Positions 38,801 to 51,100 of a stretch of DNA of 64,000 nt are shown one piece after another (within the stretch, counting starts at the first letter, position 1; the number at the start of each line of letters is the position of its first letter). Source of the DNA: Marsupella aquatica (Eukaryota; Plantae; Marchantiophyta). Location of the stretch: contig OZ316894.1 of NCBI GenBank assembly GCA_973895155.1, positions 6,222,134 through 6,286,133 on the forward strand, in the 5' to 3' direction. The translations under genes were made by a program, and so were the position numbers. The notes beneath the pieces were generated by a model that worked only from the letters and a program-made list of their open reading frames with translations, was not told where the DNA came from and searched no databases.

Positions 38801-40506
38801 TCTCCAGTAGTTTCAGTAGACTCTGCATGCCTGGTTGCTGCATCGGCAAGTCCTCCTTCCTGGGCCTAAACACCTGCTCGATCGTAGGGCTAACAGGTGG
38901 TTGAGGCTTCTCAGCCAACGGCCTTGGCGTTGGAGCTTCCTCGGGTGCCCTTACCTGCAGGGGAAGTACTGGGGCAAAAGTCTGACCTCTGGCATACCGG
39001 CACAACAGCGGCATGTGATAGCCAAGCCGCGACACGCTCCCCATGCCGATTACCTGCTGCTCCTCCTTTAAGATCTTCTTCAATTGGTTGAGGAGGTACC
39101 CGTTGTAGTCCCGGCTTGGGTCTGGTCTTTCTGCCAGATAGACCTGTGCCTTGCCGATCTCTGCCCTCGGCAAGTTACAATGCATGGTCACCCACAAGAA
39201 GTCGATCATCTCTCCTATGTGCGGGTTGGTGCAGGTATTCCGGAAGAAGCCATTCTTCGTTGATGGCCCAGGGAACGACCGGAACTCCTTGTCAGGCAAG
39301 GTCTTCCTGGTATCAACTTTGGTCTTATTGCCTATCGGCAAGCCAAACACTTCGGCAATTACCTTGGGAGTAAGATAGAAATCCTTCCCATATATCCTCG
39401 TGCAATTGGTCTCGGGTTCCCATGACCCCACGAATTCTAATAGGTCTGACTCCGGTACCTCCGGCTTCAGCCATGGTAATCTTACAAAGGCCTCTAAGCC
39501 GGATCCGGCCATGAAGCCTTGGTACTTCTTGGTCTGCATGGCCGTGAAGCATGCATCCTCCTCCCGTGCAAAATGTAGTTGCACCTCCACCGGTAGGGTT
39601 GCCGCCCAGCCCTTCCAGGTGTCATCCCTGGTTGGAATGGCCTTGATGGGATCGACCTCCTCCTCTTCGGCTTCTCCCTACCTCCTGCTCTGCTGCTCGG
39701 CTGGCTTCTTTGGTGCCGCCGACCTCGTTCTTTTTGCCGGGGTGGCTTCATCGTTGATGGCTCCCTTCCTCTTCATCTCTGCTGCCGTGGAGGTTTCTCC
39801 TAGCACCGTTGCCTGGGTCCACCTTTCCGTGCTACCCTTTAATTCCCAGTGTATGTCGTTGCAGTTCTTGATGGCCTCTCGGATGCCGACGACGCTGTCT
39901 TTGCAAAACAGAAGATCGTCGAGTTGATTGGAAGTAGGCGTCCACAGGAACTCGCCCTTGATGAGTTTGCCTCCTAAGAAAGCCGTCTTCTGCAGCTCCC
40001 ACAATCGAGCGAGCTCCTGCCATTCTCGAGCTGCCCTTTCTGATTCCTCGTCCTCATAAGTCTTGATGTACTCAGTTGCCCGTTCGAACAGGCATCCCCA
40101 GAAATGTGCCGCTTGATTGACGTTGCTCATACCCTCCTTAGGTCGATCGTCGGTATCTACTCTCTCCCCGAGTGCTTGCCTAAGCAGCTGACAGTAGTTG
40201 GCCTCCCATAGTCGTCTGCCTAGTTCGTGCTCGCAAATGAGCCACCATCTCCTGCAAGCGCTCCTTACCCCTCTCCTCTACCGGTCCTTCTTCCCGTTGA
40301 TCCTTCCTAGCCGCCGACGCTTAACGCGCCCTAACCCTAATCGAGTTTTCACCCTCAGCGTCCTTACCTCCGGCCTCGGCCCGGGTTCCATGGTTGCCCC
40401 TAATGGTTTATATTTTCCTTGTTTTGTCCCTATACTAAGGTGTTCCTAGGGTGCCTTCCTGGTTTACCCACTTAACTGGCCGAGTGATTCCTGTCTAGGC
40501 ATCACA
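35844..40506 (-). mobile_element. Giant solo LTR 2 (4663 bp, TG...CA, TSD AGCCC)
   Basis: AGCCC|TGTGGTGC at 35839-35851 and GCATCACA|AGCCC at 40499-40511. No gag, pol or paired LTR was seen. Confidence 0.85.
36756..39590 (-). CDS. LTR-borne 944-aa protein (plant-transposon-protein-like N-domain plus long coiled coil), probably extending to ~40130 or beyond through one stop
   Basis: Long open ORF with FVRLPW...LLEFVGSWE...LTPKVIAEVFGLPIG...KNGF...CTNP and an E/K/Q-rich heptad region. Upstream ORF 39678-40130 is in the same frame. Confidence 0.75.
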   Translation of the reverse strand: MEVQLHFAREEDACFTAMQTKKYQGFMAGSGLEAFVRLPWLKPEVPESDLLEFVGSWEPETNCTRIYGKDFYLTPKVIAEVFGLPIGNKTKVDTRKTLPDKEFRSFPGPSTKNGFFRNTCTNPHIGEMIDFLWVTMHCNLPRAEIGKAQVYLAERPDPSRDYNGYLLNQLKKILKEEQQVIGMGSVSRLGYHMPLLCRYARGQTFAPVLPLQVRAPEEAPTPRPLAEKPQPPVSPTIEQVFRPRKEDLPMQQPGMQSLLKLLEKEKKSASATTTATATMQDTTTEVGLHRLTRENPFAGDKERIRPESKPGVRMYVGTSSSESEAEFPEAPTDEEEREKPDVQEVEEAVEDCSHDNSGYGSDHHVPGVRTCGRFVPTLPRVVRGDPNQQSSPESPPPDVAPPSFDGIKQTVQEFQERIRQEEEAALAREKDLPGGDWPEDIRRLAEKGSKPLATIEEIRRTAWEQRPRWAMPITSTYSTYAKNRAMEYGEMCGELALGIFGEELEVGPFFHREQLEKHQLEEAVALERSKKDEVIRRLRRMEAEIEDLRAAKKAQDELRIKRHELNIMQGQLDTAQADNQNIKDKLTQTQGELADTIKEREKWKQELKNTEEAHITANSRAMAETQRKEWALKGELEKIRGALEQKEAELGKSYQGIMALQQELASLTASFKADLREKDEMLEQTYAKMNQMESVIIAELDKELRATREERTTLKQEREEAQKELVEARKDLDETQEELEEITRKMENLQRRADNQTERLKKQAAVFKCLSSSGPTPIGATKLPGVVLAEEKAAPTAPVPEVSGKGKGPAAEPEKKKKWKPSGSKSNPTPQAVVTKEVEPAPSPGMNTAIDPAIITGGGGAAQAELLSNEAGIPDPPLEQAGETVAEAEAVTDSRADADADGGPSQADGELTQSRAGNLSRNEPTAVAEEEALGASIKDPPPVS

Positions 40507-40938
40507 AGCCCCAACATGCTCAACAACTTTTGTGTGAGGCTATTCTAAGGTGAGAGTCTTACACTTCCACACATTTCAATTCTAGAGTGCGAATTTGTAT
40601 ATGTAATCTATAGTGGCTGGAATAACAAATTCCAAAAGCCAATTCTTTCCAGAGCTGGTGATTTAGGATGTTTAAGTTAAGCAAGCCACCTGAGCCCCCT
40701 TTCTGCGGACAGTGAAGCTGCTGATTGAAGCGGATCTCTTGGCTGAACAGGGGACCTTGCGCCAAGGAGGGGGGAGTCACTTCAGAGAGATGGACGGACT
40801 CTGCAACTGAGCCCGTCTACTTTTCTTCCAAAAAACTAGACTTTGTCGGAGTTGCAAACATCAATCAATCGACTACAAAGGCGTTGCAGCGCATCCAAGT
40901 CATTGGTGAGTTTCTCTAACATAGATCACAACTTTGAT

Positions 40939-42153
40939 AGGTTGCCTCTTGTTGCCCTTTTCCTTCTCTTACTCGGTGTCTGGGAGCGCTCGTTTGAGTC
41001 GTCAATTCATTCGGCAACTACAGCAGGTTGAAGCGTTTTGTTACAGCTCTGAAGAGCAACCTTCTTAGCTGTATTTATTAATTAACACTGTCTCGTTCAG
41101 GTGGTTTGCAACTAGGTCGCAGCATGTTCTCAAGCTCCCGCGTATAACTCTTAGGTCTACTAAAACTGTGTCTCGTTTTCGTTCGCTACTACGGTTGGGA
41201 TAAGCATTTGTCAATGCCCAACACATAAATCTTAGCTTTCTAAACACTCTGTCTGTGCACGGGTTTTTCCAGCATTTAGTGATCTTCGAATTTGACTTAC
41301 TGAAATTTCTGAAATGATTGCTTCTACAGGTCAGTTGAACTTGTCTATGCCGATCGCGACTCCCGGTTATTAGTGTCGAACAAGCAGCTGAAAATAACTA
41401 AGAACCTCTCCGGTTTCGTTATCACCCTGTTCCGTGCGATTTCTTGCTACGGACAAGGGCCCTGCGGACGGGCGGACAGCAATTTGTTAAAGGGGGCCTC
41501 ACTTCGCTCGACAATCATGGCGACCACCAAAGTTTATTATTTTTTGGTTTCTGCAAAGTAAATCAAGGATTCAGATTTGGTTGTTCGAGCAGAAGGACCT
41601 CAGAATAGAGGGACGCATCATCGGTTTTGATGAATACATGAATTTGGTCCTCGAGGATGCCGAGGAAATCTCATTAAAGAAGAAGACGCGGAAACCTCTT
41701 GGTCAAATTCTCCTCAAAGGTGATAATATCACACTGATGATGAACACGGGCAAGTGACCACCGTTTCTTTCCTTAGGATATTTACTGTCAACAGTTTCCT
41801 TGTCCTTAGTCCACCACTTACAATGGTTCACCTGCCACCTCTTGAGATTTCTCATAGCGGTCACAGGGACTAATGTCTATTGGGGTGGGAGCAGTAGTAA
41901 TCACTAGAACCTGATAGTGTCTGAGTTGTTCTGGCTGTTGGATAATATACAACCTATCGGAAGGCCCCCTTCCAGCAAGTTTTGTAGGGTTAGGATGCCA
42001 ATTCTGGAAGCTGTTCATGTCTTTTTGTGAAAAGTTGACAACCAGGAGTAAGAGCTTGTTCTTTCCAAGGTTTTTCGGGCTCACAGACAAGATGGCTGTT
42101 CAATTCTTATACTCATGATGATCTTCCCAACATAAAATAAATAAAAAATAAAA
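40939..42153 (+). pseudogene. SmE: Processed retrocopy of small nuclear ribonucleoprotein E (SmE), frameshifted
   Basis: ATG 41517 MATTKV, then a ~26-nt deletion and frameshift, then [72 protein letters not shown] ending at 41757. No coding introns. A-rich tail 42134-42153. 16-bp TSD AGATCACAACTTTGAT at 40923-40938 and 42154-42169. Confidence 0.93.
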
Positions 42154-43291
42154 AGATCACAACTTTGATTGTTGTAGACCTCTAAGGTATGCAGTACGAT
42201 AGGGATCCGAGTGAAGTTGTCCCAAAATTATCGTATGAACTTGAGTTGCCAACAGGTCCCATTAAAAATAAATGCCAGTATTCAAAGTTGTTGTCTGCCT
42301 ATCACTACGCTCTATTGGTAGTTGTGATATCTTGCAAGTACTTCTCTCCTTGTCTTGGCTGTTTTTCATGTGTTGTCAATCTGGTTGCCATGGTGCGTTG
42401 TAAATACTCGAAAGGCTTGAAGTGTGAAGTCTCTCGAAAGGCCTGCCAAAGGTATTCCTCTAGATTGCGATTGGACAGCACTTGAGCAATTGGAAGCTGG
42501 TCGTGGAAGAGCAGGAGTGGAAAACCTGACGCTTGCAATCTTGTAGGTATTTTGGAGCTTGCAGCTCGGCAATCCGGAATTGCACTTGAAATTCTCTTAT
42601 GAATGTCCTACGTGCTTGCATTTTCAATTGCATGCTGAATTGTTTTTTCTGTCATGTTTTTGCCTGTTCTTCCCTGCCTTGCTATATTGTCACTTGCATG
42701 TGGTTATAAGGTTATGTGGCCTCCTAGTGGTGATTATTTAGCCATCTATAAGCTCCATTGATCTTGTAACTCGTCAACATTCTTTCATTCCCCTCACGGC
42801 CTCCAATGCACCCACAATGTTGCTCTTGAACTCCATTGCCTCCTTAGCTCCTAAAACCCCTATTGCATGCGCTAAACCTGTAGACAATGTCCTTGGCCCG
42901 CTTCATGTAATAGACAGTGAATGCCTGCGAAACCTCAGCTTCCTTCCTCACTGTTACTGTCTGTCTAGTACCTTTAAGACACAGTTTTAATTCTCTGAGC
43001 CCTTAATTCCAATGTTGTTACTCGGGCAGGGACTGACTACATCCCTTTAACATTGAGAGAGACATATGAACCTGGGGAGATGCAATATGATGAGGTTGAT
43101 GATGTGCAATAGGCAGCGGCTGAAGATTCACTTTGATGAGGTTGAGGATGACTACATGCACATAGTCACAGAACGGGAATTGCTTCCCGAAATGATGTTT
43201 TGGTCATGTCCATATGCATGAAATTGATTGATACTTTGAATTTAGTGTGCTCATTTAGCCTGGGTTTGGTTGTGGATGCTATGCAGAAACT

Positions 43292-46200
43292 ATGGGGGAA
43301 GAGGGTGAAGACATGGAGACAGACATGGGGCTTGGAGAGTGGGGTGAAGAGGAAAGATTAGATATGGATGGACATCCAGATGCAGGGGGCTCACAGAAAA
43401 ATGCACCTGTGCAGGATGCACAGGGCCCTGATCAAGTGCTAGGTAGGTGGGCAGCCAGAGAGAAATCACGTAATCCATACCCTAGAAGGAGCCAAAGTTA
43501 TTGGCAAGGGACGCCTGATGATTATGATGATGACTACGATGGAGCAGAAGATGGATGGGGTGAATATGAATGCCCAGAGCGTGGTAGAGATGGGTACAGA
43601 GGGCAATGGAAAGATCAGGAGGATGATTGGACAAGTAAGTGCTTTGTGCTAGTGATTTTGTGATGGTAGTAGAAATTGTAGCTCAATATGGAATTATCTG
43701 ATATCTAGGGCAAAGAGTGTATCTAACCGGTCCATGAGTGTGGCATGTGCCTGTTGGTGAATGCAGACTCTGATTGGGACAATCACGAAAACAACAAAGG
43801 CCATCCACGTTCAGATAGGAGGCAATCATTCACAGGCAGGAGAAACGGCCCTAATTCATCAAGACAAGGCAATTGGACAGATGGTCCAGAACCATCTATG
43901 CGCCCAGGGAGAGGTAACTTGGTCATTGCAAAATTGCTCTGAAGCTCAGTGTATATTTGGCAGCAAAATTTATGCTTCATACTTAAAAAATGGTTCACGT
44001 AAATGTGCAGGGACTCCACGGAGGTTTGCACAATGCGCTCTAGGCCGTGGTGCAGGCCGTGGGGGCCCAGGCCGTGGGGGGACACCAGGCCATGGAGGGA
44101 CACCTAGTAGCGCTTCAGGGAGTACCAAGGCAGGAGACAGTAACAAATTTGGTAAAGTAGAAGTGAATTCCGATGGTTGGATAACTCCCACATGTGATGG
44201 TAAGAACCGCTGGCATTCTAACTTGAGAGGAGAAGTATTGCACTGGTTAGATTTGAGCATTACAGAGTTTAGGAGTCAGAACAAAGCCGATTGGGCTACT
44301 ATTTGCAAGGACATTCTTGAACGGTGGGAGTATGTTGGTAATAATGGTAAGGGCCCAGTTGAAGATTGCATATCAGATTATGCAATGAGGATTTTGAAAC
44401 AAGAGAGACATAGGTTGAAAAGGATGTGGATAGACAATGGTTCTAACAGGAGAATGCCAGCACCCCCATCATTGGAACTGGATCAATGGACACGGTTAAT
44501 CAAAGGGTTCATGTCAGAGGCTGGGCAGAGCAAGAGTGAACTGATGTCAAATGCTCGAGGCAAAGTGAAACACCTTTCACAGGCTGGGAGAGGAAGTTAT
44601 GCTCCAGTGAAAGAACAACTGGTAAGGCATGTCTGATAGTAAGCGTAGCCTATCACTAATCATCTTGCTACTATTATTGCATTTTCATTGACAATCAACA
44701 GTTGCTTTAATTCATATGTATGTTGATGTGGCATACAGAAGAAATTGACAGGTGAAGAACCATCAGCACAAGAAGTGAGAGAGGAGTTCATGAAACAAAG
44801 GAGTGAGGTGACAAGTGTGACTTCCAAACAGGTGATTATGTTGTAATTCTGTGATGTTCGATAGCATCAGAAGGAAATGTAGTAGAAAGTAAGCAACCAG
44901 TTCTTGGGGACAGTTATCTGAGATATGTAAGTTGTGTGATTACAGGGAACTGTTACAACTCTTGCAGAGATGTGTGAACGGTTGAAGTCATTAGAGTGTG
45001 GACTTCCTCGAGTGGAAAGTAAATTGGGTGATCGTTTGGATATTTTGGAGGCATCTGTAGCAAACCTACTTGCATCAGTGGAATCTAATTTCAAGCTTGT
45101 GATTGAGAAATTGGGTGGTTCTCAGCCAAACAATGAGGGCAACCTTGTACAAAGTGTGCCCTTGTTAACAAAAAAGGGAATTGGCAAATCTGACACAGGT
45201 ATGGAAATGACACCGGCCCATTGTTCATTGTGTCCTATGTTCAAATATTAGAAGTGGGTTTTCATGAATTGAGTGAATGGTTTGAATGCAGGAAGAGTGG
45301 AGGCATCGAAGGGCCCTGTAATCAGTAAGCAGAAGGGCAAGAAGGTTGTTGAGATAGGTAACCTGCTATGATCCAGTAGATTACATTTGAAAAGTGCATG
45401 GAGTTTTGTGAAGCTTAAGCCGATTGGAGGTAATCTTTTCTGTAAGAACTGGTTGGATCAACTGGGATCTGAAGTGACATCATGATTAACTTGCTTCAGG
45501 TGACTCAAAGAGCAATAATGAAAAGGATGTGCCCAGTGCCTCAGTGACCATAGCCAAGGAGGTATCAGGTAAGCTGATGCTTTAAATTCCTCTATATGAA
45601 TGTTGAGAGACAATTCAATGGTTAATAGATTCAACCTGAATATTGTGGTGTGTTTATTGATCAGCAGAAGCAGACATGGAGGATATGGCAATGGCAAAGA
45701 AGGGGAAGAAGGTTGTTCATAATGGTAAGGAGATAGTGACAACTTTGTGGTTGGTGACATGTACATGTAGCACATGTGATGAGTGATTCACTTATGTTGG
45801 ACAATGGCACTGAATTGTAGTTGATGCAGAGTTGTCAGACTCTCAACCAAGTGGGAGCAGGGTGAAGCGACGTCGAAATTTGGGAGCAACATTGGATGCA
45901 AGTAAGATTGTAGATGCTTCAATTGAAGCAAGTACAATGTTGGCATATACTGAGATGATGTCGCAGGGAAATCCTACTACACAATCGGAAGTGTCAAATA
46001 TGGATGCAGATTCTTTGAAGAAGAGTGTAGCCAATTCTCGATCACCAGCACAAAACACTCGTGCCAAAGTCATGACTCGCAACCAAGGTATGAATAATGT
46101 CATGTATAAGCCACCCAAGAAAGCCAAGAAAAACAGCCAGGGTAAGGTGGAGGTGATAGCCATAGCAGAGCCAGTCCATAATCTTCAATCATGGGAGGAT

Positions 46201-46425
46201 GACTCATAGGTATGTGTGGGTACAGGCATTTTGTGACCGGATCATGCTAAATTCCATGGCAAAATGGTCCCCGATGACCATGTGGTAGTGTTGTTGACTA
46301 TAGTGATTGTATCTGATTGTAATTTGCCATTTCCGAATAGAGATGATGATCCACCTCAGGAAATAATTGCAGATGTAGTAGGATCTCTTGTGCTCTGGCC
46401 ATCAGAGTGTGTTAGTCTGCAGTGA
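43292..46425 (+). pseudogene. CACTA TnpA-like multi-exon gene (Ptta/En/Spm-type and Tnp1-type domains), degraded
   Basis: ORF 43761-44636 contains DQWTRLIKGFMSEAGQSKSELMSNARGKVKHLSQAGRGSY. The 3' exon reads CVGTG...FHGKMVP...VVV......LPFPNRDDDPPQEIIADVVGSLVLWP* with internal stops. Confidence 0.75.
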
Positions 46426-47194
46426 CTGAATGCAAGTGTAGATAGAACCATGTGAATTGTGTTACATTTTGACATTGCCTTGGAAAGATCCAAGAAATAT
46501 CTGTACCAATTTTTCCATTTGGTAAAGAGGATGACGGATTCGTTATCATTATGTGTGACATGTATATATTTCTGAATTCTGTGTGTATGTATGAAACAAG
46601 TGATTGATGTCAAACTATGGCTGTAAGGTGACCATTGGATGATACTAGAATCTGTTTTGTATCATTTCAATATTAGTGTGTATGGTAGTTTCATGCTTTG
46701 TGACCTTATAGAGTGAGTTCATTTACAGTACACAAAAAAACATGAATGGAATGTCTTATTTGTGCACATTCCAAGTAGTATAGTGGGGTCTTCATCACTC
46801 ATTTCGAGTTGACATGAAAGACTTATACATACCCCACTAAGTATCTCCTTTAGTCGTTTTATAGACCCACAAAGTAAACTTAAAGACTACCCTCCATAAC
46901 CTGTTTAGTCCTTCCCAACAACTCACCATCGCACCCCTTAAAAGACTGAAAATGACTCACCAAAGCTACCCAAACAAAGACTACAATAGACTGAAAATCC
47001 AGTCTGTTAAACGACTCGTGAACCAGTTCTATAAAGGACTCAGTTGATTATAGTAACAAAACATACGACTCACAGTCCTATAAAGGACTGGAGTCCTATA
47101 AAGGACTGGAGTCCTTCCCAGTCATTTCCGAGTCCTATACGGTACTACATAGTCGTTTAATGGGGTCTAAATACCCCCCGGTTTCTACTAGTTG

Positions 47195-48174
47195 CTCGCG
47201 TCTGCTGATCCTCCTTTTGATTCGGCTAGCTGCAAGGAGTCAATATTGGCATCTCTAGCCATTGTTGATTTGACCCATACTGGAAAACCGGTTTGGATGT
47301 AGTCCAAAATCTTGAACTTCTTGAAGATCGTCGTGAATATCCCAACAAATGATCTGGTAACAGTTGTTTTTGTTCGTCCTGGTATTATTCTTGCAAGAAT
47401 AATTGAAGCTGTTCGAGATCTCCCGGAGAACTATAATGCGCACCTTGAATATGGTTCGTTCATGAGGAGTTCTATGGTTAATGCTCCTTCGCAACACATG
47501 AGAGGCGATGCGGACATGGTTCTTTTCCTTGGCGTCTCCCAAGATTGGGTTCTTGACTGGGAAAAGCATTTCAAGGATTTTACCGGTCACTTTGTGTTGG
47601 AGGAGTCCGACCTCGAGGAGACAATCAAGCCAGTCGAGAGGATTATTCCGATATTTCGAAGGATGATATGCAGGAGAAAAAAGGGACACATTGATCTCAC
47701 GACTTGAAGGCCTTGTTCCTTTCAAATTGACGACTGGACGGCCATTCACATTGAATATTAAGCCCAGTCGCATCCTACAGAGTTTTATTCATGCATTTTC
47801 TTCGAGGGAGGAAATTGTCCTGGATTTTTTCACAGGAGGGCAGGTACTGAAGAATGCATTGATGCTTGAGCGTGAGTGTTTTTCATTCTGCTCTGACCGT
47901 GAGGATGTCTCTGACCTCACGGCTTATGCAGAGAATCTTAAATTGTTAGTTCCGGTTGCACAGTTTGCCAAATCATTGTGGAAACCTCCTGGCCTTGAAG
48001 GGAGTTCGACTCAGAACTCCAATGCTAGTGGAGCAAAAGAGGGCCAGCATTATCAGATTGCCGGTACAGTTTTACATTACGCCGGGGTGGAAGCGGAGGA
48101 AAAGTTTCTAAGTTCCATTGGGGAGATGAGTATTGGTCCATCAGTCGTTCCAATTGCAAGTCGCGAAGGATTTC
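47195..48174 (+). pseudogene. Accessory gene segment 3: amino-DNA-methyltransferase-like (beta-class motif order), degraded
   Basis: DPPF at 47207-47218 (motif IV-like). KPSRILQSFIHAFSSREEIVLDFFTGG at 47760-47840 resembles KP..L...LI...S..GD.VLDPF.GSG (motifs X and I). One stop (~47300) and one frameshift (~47700). Confidence 0.55.
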
Positions 48175-51100
48175 TGTCGCACCCCTACCCTGGGCCTTAA
48201 ATCCGGGTTAGTGTCGTGGTGCGACCTCGACCACCAGTAGGGGTGAGGGTTCGGGCAAGGAGGTGTGTAGTGACCTTCAATAGCCCTAAGTCGGGCTAAG
48301 CTGCTATACTTACTGGTATAACACTCGCATAATTCGTACTTGTCATAGGTATATTTATTTTCCACCGCTGGAATTTTCCCTCAGTTAGTGACGCGGACTA
48401 ACTCCCGACTTGGGGCTTTTCAAGCCATCGACGTGATAGGACCTTGTGACATGCAATGAGTGGCAATCCCTACCATTAGTCCGCACCCGGTACGTCCCTT
48501 AAAATGGCGCCTTTGCCCGGACAAAGCATACACACAACACCAGTTACTCTCAGAGACATTAAGGGGAAAAGACTACATTTACTTAGCGAAGCATCAGTTT
48601 ACATGGTTGACTCGACTTCAAAGGGGGTCAGCAGGCCCAACGGCAGTCGATGCCCAGTCTCTACGAGGCCCTGCCTCACACTTGCCCAGCAAGCTCGACT
48701 CTGGCTCTCACTCCTTGGTACGCTCTGACCCTACTCAGGCCGGGACTCCCCGTGCCTCGCCTTTCTTCTGCTGAGATAACTAAGCCTTCTCCCCCTTCCC
48801 ATCGCGGAAGGGGAAGCCTAAATACTACCATAGCGGAAGAGAACCGGAGGATACTACCTTCCGGGGTACTACCTACTGACTAACTAACTGCTGACTACCG
48901 GTCGCGCTGTACTGACCGGTTGACCGTCGACTACGAGTGTGCCAACCGGAATGGCAGCGGCCAAGCCTATTGACAAACTCTAGTCCGTTGATGGACTCAA
49001 TCCTACGTTGGCTGATCCTAACTGACCGGCCCTAATTCTTCCTACTGCCGCTAATCAGTGCCTAATGACAGTCATTCTGTCGTTACGCCTAACTAAAAGA
49101 TGCCGCTGACTTAACCGCCTCGCGCGGCGCCTGCTTCTGCCCTTCGCTAACTACCCCTTTCGTGTGTGTAGTGGTTGGACCAGGGCTGGTCCCCTTGTCG
49201 GGGCGAGACCTCGAGCCGCCTTGATCAGAGGTGGGCCCAGGTTTTCCCCGCTGGAGGACGAGCAGGGTGACGCGGTCCTGCAAAGCCTTGTTGTCCCGTA
49301 ATGCTTCCTCCGCCTCGTTTGCAGCTTCGTCGGCTTCAGTCTGGAGCCGCGCCACCTCCAAGTTGAGCTGGTCGATGGCGTCGCGATGGACCTGGTCCTG
49401 CGCTAGCAATTTATCTCGTTCGGCAGAGAGACTAGCCACCTGTTGTGCTGCCTGCAGGAATTGTTTGTTGAGGTCGGTCAGGCTGGTAACCCGAGCCAAA
49501 GATTCTGAGCGTAATTGAAGCACGGTGTCGTCCAGCTTCTTGAGTTTGGCCTGCGCTCCGCTTAACTCTTGGGTTAGTCCGTCCCTCTGTTCAACAGTGC
49601 GGACTAAATCCTCACGGCGGGTCGTTGCCTCCTCCTCGAGGTGCTCTACCAGCATCTGGAGACGCCCGATCTCATTCCCCTTCGCCATGAGTTCTTCTTC
49701 CAAGCGGCTGACGATCCGTGGTTGGTGCTCTAACATGAAGAAGGATGGTTGAAAGTACGCCGAGACTTGTTGTCCGATGTATGTCGCCAACTCCCCAGAC
49801 ATAGTCTGGCTAAACTTCTGGACCAGGTCGTAGGCCATGGTCCCCGGGGCTACTTGGTAGTCCTCCATCCTCTCGGGTACCGGTGGTTCCTCGGCAGGGG
49901 CAATGAGCTCCTCCGTAGTCAGCGCTGGGGAGGGGAAGGTTTCTTCAGGTGGTGGAGGGATTGGGGGTGGTTGTACTGCAGGTAGCGGAGGCTCAACGGA
50001 AGGAGGCGGTGGAATTTCCACAGGGGGCGGTTGCAAAGTATTAGTCGGGGCTTCCGGCTCGGGGTTTGTCCGAGGGACAGTAGTTCGCGTAGTCGGGGTT
50101 GCCTCCTCTGGGGCGGGGGTGACATTACCCGGGGCTGAAGTGGCCGTATTCTTTCCTCTGGCCTCCCGCCGTGCCTTGTACCAGGCGAGGATAATGGCGA
50201 TATGACTCCCCAAGTAAGTCTTCCCTCCAATAGCCATACCACCCTGAGCCCGCTTCAGCTCCCCCGAGAATCTTCGGTAGAAGAATTGGGCCCAGTTTCA
50301 TCGTTTGTACTGTTCCACCTGCACTATCGTGCAGAGGGAAATCTCGGATCATGGCTCAATCATGTGTAGGGTAGTCCGTATGAAGTTAAGCCGCTCCATA
50401 CAGGTTAAGTTGGTGCACGCCCCCTGCTTGTATCCGTTGTCCGTCTTACCCTCGGGTTTGAAGTGCCGCGGCGTATACTCCTTATCCCAAATTCGGATTT
50501 CCACCGGCACCGGCCCGGTTGGTAGGCCGAAAATTTGCGTTAACCGATGCTCCGTGAGTGATAAGGTCTGCCCCGAAACCTTGGTGGTTGACGCATCAGT
50601 GTCGAAATTGGAGATGAACTCACAAATCTCCTTCGGGCCGGCGGCACACGGCCTCCATAGTAAGTGGGCGAACCGCTCCAACTGATGCTCCTTGAGATAG
50701 TCCGCATGTTCGAGTTTCTTGATCGCGATCTAGACTACCTCGGGGACGCGGATTACCTGTAATAAGTTGGACTTCGGGTTATCCGGGGGCCGTCAGGTCT
50801 GGTTGGTCGGGGGGTTTGCCGGGGCAGGCGCAGGCGCGGCGTCGGTCCGTGTTGATTCGGGGGCCATCGTAGTCCTTGACCGCTTACGAGGACGCTATTC
50901 GAGTTGCAGACTAGCTCGCTCGGAACCCAAAGAACACTCCGCGTTGATTACTAGACGGACTTGGGACTGGTTCGGCGGTACTCCGGTGGTCATCGGTTGA
51001 GGCGCTGGGGTAGCCATATCCCAGTTGAAGGCGTTGGAGCTTTCCCCGAGGAACGTGAGATTACGCGCCGCTTCCCATTGTCTGCTGATGTCTTCTTGGC

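Larger units (their letters stand above)
33587..47193 (+). mobile_element. CACTA/EnSpm element, non-autonomous (TnpA-like gene only, no TnpD seen)
   Basis: Left TIR CACTAGTAGAAACCGGGG at 33587. Right CCCCGGTTTCTACTAGT(T) ends at ~47193 with the terminal base altered. Subterminal GACT/AGTC repeats. TSD not cleanly resolved. Confidence 0.88.

Noticed and set aside
37024-39927. Plus-strand ORFs opposite the 944-aa gene, and similar ones opposite other GC-rich genes
   Set aside because: These are antisense shadow ORFs of GC-rich coding sequence.
35844-40506. Polinton, DIRS or endogenous virus interpretation of the TG...CA units
   Set aside because: No polymerase, integrase, tyrosine recombinase or capsid motifs and no long TIRs were seen. 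The termini and 5-bp TSD fit LTRs.
41517-41757. Functional SmE gene
   Set aside because: A frameshifting deletion follows MATTKV with no room for an intron, and retrocopy hallmarks are present.
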